NCBI GenBank assembly: GCA_964016885.1 | Contig: OZ024743.1 | Coordinates: 310,062,001 to 310,126,000, forward strand | Direction of reading: 5' to 3' | From: Eledone cirrhosa | Lineage: Eukaryota | Length of the DNA stretch: 64,000 bases | Shown: positions 55,311 to 64,000 of the stretch, piece by piece | Position numbering within the stretch: the stretch's first letter is position 1 | Layout of the letters: each line of letters starts with the position of its first letter | Notes under the pieces: model-generated | Told to the model about the DNA's origin: nothing | The model's input: only the letters and a program-made list of their open reading frames with translations | Database searches by the model: none | Position numbers and translations under genes: made by a program

Positions 55311-55696
55311 TTTATGTCTGGTGATTTGTTTCCTTTAATGTTCCTATGGTCATTTCTGTGGTGCGGGTTACTCTTGTTGTTACAATCCCTATTAGTGTGT
55401 GTGCAGTTGCTGTAATACAGTTGTGTAATCTCTATATAACTGCTCCGTAAAACAACTGATGTTATTACATTGAGCTATTTATCTTACTGGTAATAGGATA
55501 GTAATTAATGACTATCTCTCACTATTTAGGGTTTGTGTATATATAATATATTACCATTAAAGGTTTTATTGCATACATAACCATAAATAGTACCCTTAAT
55601 ACTATATATATATATATATTTATATACATATATATATATATATATTTATATACATATATATATATATTTATATATATATATTTATATATATTTATA

Positions 55697-55780
<84 letters not shown>

Positions 55781-55840
55781 TATATATATATATTTATATA
55801 TTTATATATATTTATATATATTTATATATTTATATATATT

Positions 55841-55911
<71 letters not shown>

Positions 55912-55952
55912 ATATATTTATATATATTTATATATATTTATATATATATATT

Positions 55953-55987
<35 letters not shown>

Positions 55988-56029
55988 ATGTTAATACATA
56001 TATATTTATATATATATGTATATATGTTA

Positions 56030-56063
<34 letters not shown>

Positions 56064-56109
56064 ATATATGTTAATACATATATATTTATATATATATGTA
56101 TATATATTA

Positions 56110-56143
<34 letters not shown>

Positions 56144-56187
56144 ATATATGTTAATACATATATATTTATATATATATGTATATATAT

Positions 56188-56267
<80 letters not shown>

Positions 56268-56453
56268 AGATATATATATATATTTATATATATTTATATT
56301 TATATATATATATATGAAAAGTGTAAGTTTCTACACAAAACGAAGGTTATAGAGAAAATTGAGGTTGGTAATGGCACATGGAATATATAAGAGACAGAAT
56401 ACTTTTTTGTGAAAAAACATAATTTTATAAGGTAAGGAAAGAATAAAGGGTAT

Positions 56454-56503
56454 AACAAATGACCGGTTTCGATGGGTCTGCAAAAGCCATCTTTTCAAAT
56501 GTT
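56454..56503 (-). ncRNA. Hammerhead ribozyme, U3:A8 core variant
   Basis: AACAT-TTGAAAA-GATGG-loop-CCATC-GAAA-CCGG-TC-ATTTGTT. Confidence 0.75.
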
Positions 56504-57549
56504 GATTAATATTAAGAAAAATTAATAATAAGAAGGGTTAAAATTTGAGATTTGAAAATTCAAGTATAAAATTCAGTGTGGGATTTCATAGTAGTTTTCA
56601 TCTTGGTAGCAGCAAGTTGACTGCTGTGTGTCCCTTTCTGATAGTGAATGAGGAATTATTTGTGGGGAGTGGTTTTTTTTCAGGTCAGATTTAGCAATGG
56701 CCAGATGGCCAGCTGCTGGTCAGTGAGGGGGTGGAAGCAATATACATACATATATCTCCATGTGGTCGGTAGGAGAGGGGAGAGTGAGAGAAAGGGATTT
56801 AGTGCACTTACACCTATATATACACATACCCTCATCCACACACACATACATATAAATATACATACATATATATATATAAACACACACATACACACACACA
56901 CAAATACATATACATACACACATACACACACACATACACACACACACATATATACACATACACACACATATATATACACACACACACATATATATATACA
57001 TACACATACACACACACACATACATACACACACACATATATACATACACACATACAAACACACACACACATATATACACATACACACATATATATATACA
57101 CACACACATACATACACATACATACATCCACATGCACACACATACACTCACACACATACACATACATACACCCACACACATAGAGAAATGGCCTCCAAAT
57201 ATATATATATACATACATACACATATATTTTTTACATAATATAAGAAGTTAGAACAGTGAAATTAAAATACAAGTCATTATGATCACATTGAGTTCTTCA
57301 TGTAGATTGGGCCCCACAACCGACAGTGGTGAATTCTGTGTGCGCATATATATATAGATACATGTGTGTGCACGTTCAGGGTTTAACATGGATGCGTTGG
57401 TCACACAAAGGCATGTTCTGTCAACGAATAAACCTGAATCTACAGAATTGGTCTCTGGTCTTTAATAGTAGTGATAATTATATACATGCACACATACACA
57501 CACATATCTGTCACTCCGTGCGTATGTGTGTTTATATTTTATGACAATT

Positions 57550-60500
57550 CTATTGGGGTGATAACCCGTTTAGTTTTGGTTTACATTTGTTAAGGAATAG
57601 ATTTTCTTTTTTTATTCTTTGTTGCTGTGTGAACGAATCTGAGCACTTGTAGAAGGGGAAGATTTTAAAGTTGGGTTGTGTCATTCCTGCGCAGTTTGCA
57701 ATATGGCTGCTCAAGGGATTTTTCTTCTGTTAGCGTCCCGGATTTGTTGGCGGTGGATGGTCATTCTTTTGCATAATGAGGCGCCCGTCTGTCCTATGTA
57801 GTTGTGTTTGCACCCACCGCAAGTTATTGCGTAAATCAAGTTCTCCGAGTTGCAGGTGAAATTGTTTTTCACTGTAAATGTTTGGCCATCTTTAAATGTA
57901 AATTTGTGTCCTTCAGTGAGGTAGAGTCACGCTCCACAGTTTGTTCTACCACATTTGGTAACTGTAGGGTTGAGGATTGGTTTGAGTATATTTGGTCCAG
58001 TGAGAATGCGTTTTAGTGATTTGGGTTGTCTTTTACTTTTAAGGATCTTGTGTGTTTCAAGAATAAACTTCATTTTATATCTTTAAGTAGGATGGGGAGG
58101 TTTTTGTGTAGGTGATCAAACATTTCGGTATTTCTGGGGTTGAAAGTGGATACATATGGCAAGGTGTTGAGTGTGGTTTTCTGTTTTGGCTTGTTAATTT
58201 GATGGGGATTTAGGTGTTTTGCCATGTCTATTCCATTGTTGATTATTTCAAGTGGAAAGGCTCTTAAGATAAGGGTGTCTTTTAGTTCCTTTAGTCTTTG
58301 CTCCCGTTTAGGTGGATCTGATACTATGGTACATATACGTTTGGCCAAATTGTCAGGAATGTTAAGTTTTGTATGTTTTGGGTGACTTGATGTGAAAAAG
58401 AGGTATTGCTTGGAATCTGTGGGTTTATAGAATATATCTGTATCTAATTTCCCGTCTATTACAGAGATGAGAATATCCAAGAAGGCTAATTCCTTGGGAT
58501 TGGATTCCATTGTGAATTGTATGTTATTATCTATGTTGTTTATCATGTTTTTAAACATAGTAAGTGAGTTCATGTCTTCTTGCCATAGGATAAAGCAGTC
58601 GTCTAGATATCTTTTCCAATTAGCTTTGAGGTGTGTGTGGAAGGAGTCTCCAAATAAGAGAAGGGACTGACTGTATATTTGTTGTTCATGGAATCCCATG
58701 ACTAGGTTGGCCTATGTGGGTGCTACTTTCGTGCCCATTGCAGTACCTGATACTTGTCTGTATGTTGAACCATTGAATGTGAAATAGTTATTTTGTAAGA
58801 TAAAGCGGAGTCCGTCAGTGATAAAATCTTTCTTGATGCGTGTCGGTATTTCTGATGGGTGTGTGTTAAGCCAGTATTGGACTGCTGTTATTCCATAGTT
58901 GTGGGGTATGTTTGTGTATAGGTTTATTACGTCAAAGGAGACAATAATTGTATTTGCACTTACTGTTTTAGGGAGGTGTTTCAGCATGTCAAGGTCATCT
59001 CGTATGTAGCTCTGTATATGTTGTAGAAAGGGTTTCAGTAGGATGTCCAGAAAGTTGCTAAGTCTGTGGGTTTCACATGTAGGGCCTGCTATAATTGGCC
59101 TGAGTTTTAGGTCTTCTGGTGGTGTTAGTTCAATGTAATTGTTGGTTGAGGTGTCACATGCATCGTTTATGGGTTTACATTTGTGGAGTTTCGGTAAGCC
59201 GTAAAATGAGCTTGTATTGCATTTGAAGTGGCTTATATAGTTAAACTCTTTTGTGGTTAAGCTGTTGCGGTATTTATTCAGTAAGGTCAAAAGGTTCCCC
59301 ATTGTTTTGTTGTGTTTGTAGTTTTCTGTTTTTTCATAGTATGTGTTGTTTTCTAAAATGTTAAGTGCGAGGGTCCTATAGTAGTCCGTATTCATAATGA
59401 CAACAGTACTGCCTTTATCGGCTTCTTTGATGGTTATCTCAGGGTTGTTTCTAAGTGTGAATAATTCTTCCCATTCGTGTGTAGATAGGTTTGATTTCGT
59501 GTGTTTATTTGTAATTTTTTCATAGGGAAAGTTGGTGATGTGTTCGCAGTACGTGTCCAGTGCTTTATTTCTTCCCTTTTGTGGGCAGAAATTGCTTTTA
59601 TTTCTAACCAGTGATTCGTCTTCAGTGTTGGTGTCGTTGTGGAAGAATTCCGTTAGTCGCAGCTTTCGGCAGAATTCTATGATGTCATCCTTCATTTCGG
59701 GGAAGTTTGGTTTACGTGGTGTAGGTGTAAATTTCAGGCCCTTACTTAAAATGTTGATTTGTGTGTTGGTTAGAGGTGTCTTTGAGAGGTTGATTATTTT
59801 TGGTTTCTCCTGAGGGGGGAGGGGGCGCATCGAGTATCCTGGTATTTCAGGCTTTTCCCTAAAAAAGGAATGTAGTTTTGTGTGTGATTATATTTTGTTG
59901 GTCTGTTGCGTGTGGTTCTGTAGCTTGTTGTTTCATGAGGGTGAATGTGATGGTGGGGGTGGTATGTGTTGTGGTTGTTAATGAGCAAGGGTTCTGTTGT
60001 TGGTTCATGTGGTCTGGGTGCGATATTTCTGTGGTACAGAGTGTTGAGGTTGGGGGTTGTCTTTTGTTGGATTGAGGGTGATGTCTGGTGTGGTTGTGGG
60101 TAAGTTCTGTTGTGATTTCAAGTGGTCTGGGTGGGTTTCTTCTGAGGAATGTGGTGTGTGTGTTGTGAGTTGGATCTATGTTATTTCGTCGTTGGTTTAT
60201 GTAGGGGTATTTCTACTGAAACCTGTGTTGTGGTGGTTGGGTGTGTTTCTTTTGGTGTAGTTGGCCGTATTTGGTTTGTGTTGGTGGGGGATGTGCCTGT
60301 GGTTAGTGTGTGTTGGGTTTGGTGGTGTAAATGTGTCTGTTGTAGTTCTTGTTATGTTCAAATGCTTTATAAAGGAGTTACCTGTTTGGTGCGTCCTTTT
60401 AAAGTCTTCTTCATATTTGAGGAACCAGTTTTCGGATTTTTCCCACCCTATAAGGGAAATAATTTCTGCATTCTCGCAGTCCTGTTTCCACGATTTGATT

Positions 60501-61097
60501 AAATTTTGTAGGGTTGTTGCCTCGGCCTTTTTAGTGCATTCTTCCTCCATGTTTTCATCAGTATCATTATACTCTTGCACGTTGGAGGTGGCCCTTAATT
60601 TTAGGAGTTCTATTTCCATGTTTATCCTGTTGAGTGACATTTGTTCACGGAGTTTTCTTTCTGGTTCAGGTTCGTTTGTAATATGCTTTATTTGGAATTT
60701 ACGTGGTAAAACTATCGGTGTTGAGTTAATCCATTTCTGGTAAATTCCAGCTTTGTTGAGGTTTTTTATCATATTCCAGAAAGTGAATTTTCTGGTTTTT
60801 TATCATATTCCAGAAAGTGAATTTTCTGGTTTTTAGATGTTTTTTCCAGAGGTGTCCCATTTGGTTTTTGATATGGAGCAATGTTTTCTGTTCTGTTTTG
60901 GTATTCATAAGTTTTTCGATGGAGTTGCATACGTTTTGAACGTTTAAATAAATGTGGTTGTCAGTCAGTGTGGTGGTTTGGGGTATATCCTGTTTTTTTG
61001 TCAGAATGGTGAGTTTACCATTTATCTCTTTTAGAATTTTCAGGATTTCCTCATTTATATTGGAGTTTGAAGTTGTGTTGTCTTGTTCCAGTGCCAT
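57550..61097 (-). pseudogene. PLE polyprotein (N-terminal region, RT, GIY-YIG) with several frameshifts
   Basis: IINLS...LSKGLKF.PTP; KEADKGS.VV; FYGLPKLHK; LRPIIAG; VSFDVINLYTNIP; QVSGTAMGTKVAP; RYLDDCF; LAFLDI; YKPTDSKQYL; LIYAITCGGCKHNYIGQTG. Confidence 0.95.
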
Positions 61098-61266
61098 TTT
61101 CCGGATTTGCGTAGGTTAGTATATATGAAAAATGTAAGTTTCTACATAAAACGAAGGTTATAGAGAAAATTGAGGTTGGTAATGGCACATGGAATATATA
61201 AGAGACAGAATACTTTTTTGTGAAAAAACATAATTTTATAAGGTAAGGATAATTTATAAAGGGTAT

Positions 61267-61316
61267 AAAAAATGACCGGTTTCGATGGGTCTGCAAAAGC
61301 CATCTTTTCAAATGTT
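61267..61316 (-). ncRNA. Hammerhead ribozyme, U3:A8 core variant (upstream pseudo-LTR copy)
   Basis: Same TTGAAAA-GATGG...CCATC-GAAA-CCGG-TC motif, ~170 nt upstream of the ORF ATG at 61097. Confidence 0.75.
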
Positions 61317-61667
61317 GATTAATATTAAGAAAAATTAATAATAGGAAGAGTTAAAATTTGAGATTTGAAAATTCAAGTATAAAATTCAGTGTGGGATTTC
61401 ATAGTAGTTTTCATCTTGGTAGCAGCAAGTTGACTGCTGTGTGTCCCTTTCTGGTAGTGAATGAGGAATTATTTGTGGGAAGTGGTTTTTTTAAGGTCAG
61501 ATTTAGCAATCACCAGATGGCCAGCTGCTGGTCAGTGAGGGGGTGGAAGCAATATACATACATATATCTCCCTGTGGTCGGTAGGAGAGGGGAGAGTGAT
61601 AGAAAGGGATTTAGTGCACTTACACCTATATATACACATACACTGATCCATACACACATACATATAC

Positions 61668-61709
<42 letters not shown>

Positions 61710-62449
61710 CAAAATACACACACACACACACACACACATATATACACATATACACATACACACACATATATATGCATACACATACATCCAGATATACACA
61801 TACATACATATACATACACATATATATATATGTACATACACATATATATACACACACACATACATACACACGCACATATATACATACACACATACAAACA
61901 CACACACACACATATATACACATACACACACATATATATACACACACACACACATATATATACATACACATACATCCAGATACACACATACATACACACA
62001 CACACATATACATACACATACATACATCCACATGCACACACATACAAACACACATACACATACATATACACCCACACACATAGAGAAATGGCCTCCAAAT
62101 ATATATATATACATACATACACATATATTTTTTTCATAATATAAGAAGTTAGAACAGTGAAATTAAAATACAAGTCATTCTGATCACATTGAGTTCTTCA
62201 TGTAGATTGGGCCCCGGAACCGACAGTAGTGAATTCTGTGTGCGCATATATATAAAGATATATGTGTGTGCACGTCCAGGGTTTAACATGGATGCGTTGG
62301 TCACACAAAGGCATGGTCTGTCAACGAATAAACCTGATTCTACAGAATTGGTCTCTGGTCTTTAATAGTAGTGATAATTATATACATGCACACATACACA
62401 CACATATCTGTCACTCCGTGCGTATGTGTGTTTATATTTTATGATAATT

Positions 62450-62947
62450 CTATTGGGGTGATAACCCGTTTAGTTTTGGTTTAAATTTGTTAAGGAATAG
62501 ATTTTCTTTTTTTATTCTTTGTTGCTGTGTGAACGAATATGAGCACTTGTAGAAGGGGAAGATTTTAAAGTTGGGTAGTGTCATCCCTGCGCAGTTCGCA
62601 ATATGGCTGCTCAAGGGGATTTTTCTTGTGTTAGCGTCCCGGATTTGTTGGCGGTGGATGGTCATTCTTTTGCGTAATGAGGTGCCCGTCTGTCCTATGT
62701 AGTTGTGTTTGCACCCACCGCAAGTTATTGCGTAAATCAAGTTCTCCGAGTTGCAGGTGAAATTGTTTTCTACTGTAAATGTTTGGCCATCTTTAAATGT
62801 AAATTTTTGTCCTTCAGTGAGGTAGAGGCACGTTCCACAGTTTGTTCTACCACATTTGGTAACTGTAGGGCTGAGGATTGGTTTGGGTATATTTGGTCCA
62901 GTGAGAATGTGTTTTAGTGATTTGGGTTGTCTTTTACTTTTAAGGAT
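62450..62947 (-). pseudogene. Duplicate GIY-YIG coding segment in the upstream partial tandem copy
   Basis: KCGRTNCGTC linker; NLIYAITCGGCKHNYIGQTGTSLRKRMTIH...KFKPKLN. Confidence 0.9.
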
Positions 62948-63604
62948 CTATAATTATCACTACTATTAAAGACCAGAGACCAATTCTGTAGAATCAGGTT
63001 TATTCGTTGACAGACCATGCCTTTGTGTGACCAACACATCCATGTTAAACCCTGGACGTGCACACACATATATCTATATATATATGCGCACACAGAATTC
63101 ACTACTGTCGGTTCCGGGGCCCAATCTACATGAAGAACTCAATGTGATCAGAATGACTTGTATTTTAACTTCACTGTTCTAACCTGTTATATTATGTAAA
63201 AAATATATGTGTATGTATGTATATATATATATTTGGAGGCCATTTCTCTATGTGTGTGGGTGTATGTATGTGTATGTGTGTGTGTGTGTGTGCATGTGAA
63301 TGTATGTATGTGTATGTATATATGTGTGTGTGTGTGTGTATGTATGTGTGTATCTGGATGTATGTGTATGTGTATATATGTGTGTGTGTGTGTTTGTATG
63401 TGTGTATGTATATATGTGTGTGTGTATGTATGTGTGTATATATATATATATGTGTATGTACATATATATATATATATGTATGTATGTGTGTGTGTATGTG
63501 TATGTATATATATATGTGTGTGTATATATATATATGTGTGTGTGTATGTGTATATGTGTGTGTGTGTGTATGTGTGTATGCATATGTATGTGTGTGTGTA
63601 TGTA

Positions 63605-63635
<31 letters not shown>

Positions 63636-63956
63636 GTATGTATATGTATATGTATGTGTGTGTGGATGAGGGTATGTGTATATATAGGTGTAAGTTTACT
63701 AAATCCCTTTCTATCACTCTCCCCTCTCCTACCGACCACATGGAGATATATGTATGTATATTGCTTCCACCCCCTCACTGACCAGCAGCTGGCTGTCTGG
63801 CCATTGCTCAATTTGACCTTTAAAAAAACCACTCCCCACAAATAATTCTTCATTCACTACCAGAAAGGGACACACAGCAGTCAACTTGTTTCTCAGAAAC
63901 AAAATGGCGTAGGACAGAACAAAGGAGAGGCACAAAAACAAAGAAAAGAATCCCCA

Positions 63957-63999
63957 GTCACTGATGAGGTTACAGAATGTGTGACGAAAGAACTTTGAC
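63957..63999 (+). ncRNA. Minimal type I hammerhead ribozyme
   Basis: GTCA-CTGATGA-G-GTTACA-GAATG-TGTGAC-GAAA-GAAC-TT-TGAC; family of 36713 and 43600. Confidence 0.8.
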
Positions 64000-64000
64000 A

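Larger units (their letters stand above)
52825..55600 (-). mobile_element. 5'-truncated Naiad-type PLE with a ~1.5-kb 3' region ending in an HHR
   Basis: GIY-YIG remnant at 54430-55310; HHR variant at 52858-52906. Confidence 0.75.
56314..63888 (-). mobile_element. Near-full-length Neptune-like Penelope-like element with tandem and inverted pseudo-LTRs
   Basis: ORF 61097->57550; 3' region 56314-58047 is duplicated upstream at 61124-62947; inverted partial copy at 62948-63888. Confidence 0.93.

Overview
AT-rich, (TA)n/(CA)n microsatellite-dense eukaryotic DNA with no host protein-coding exon I can recognise. The SINE sequences and overall repeat style suggest a coleoid cephalopod such as Octopus (inference only). 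Almost everything identifiable is mobile DNA: one near-full-length, frameshifted Penelope-like element (PLE; RT + GIY-YIG, - strand, ~56.3-63.9 kb) with tandem and inverted pseudo-LTRs; several truncated PLEs of Neptune/Nematis and Naiad type; RTE, R4/Dong and CR1-like LINE fragments; a Helitron helicase fragment and HINE-like derivatives; a Tc1/mariner deletion derivative; a pogo/Tigger-like MITE; and SINEs. The strongest hidden signal is RNA structure. Read by eye, about 30 type I hammerhead ribozyme (HHR) motifs of more than a dozen sequence families lie on both strands. They include a tandem, ORF-free ~418/497-bp HHR repeat that looks like a retrozyme, two unrelated families with a compensatory U3:A8 core (TTGAAAA), a variant with an apparent N7 deletion and a long stem II, and a U4C variant. 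Most ORFs in the supplied track (YIYI/HTHT/CVCV) are microsatellite artefacts. Motifs were folded by eye and boundaries are approximate.
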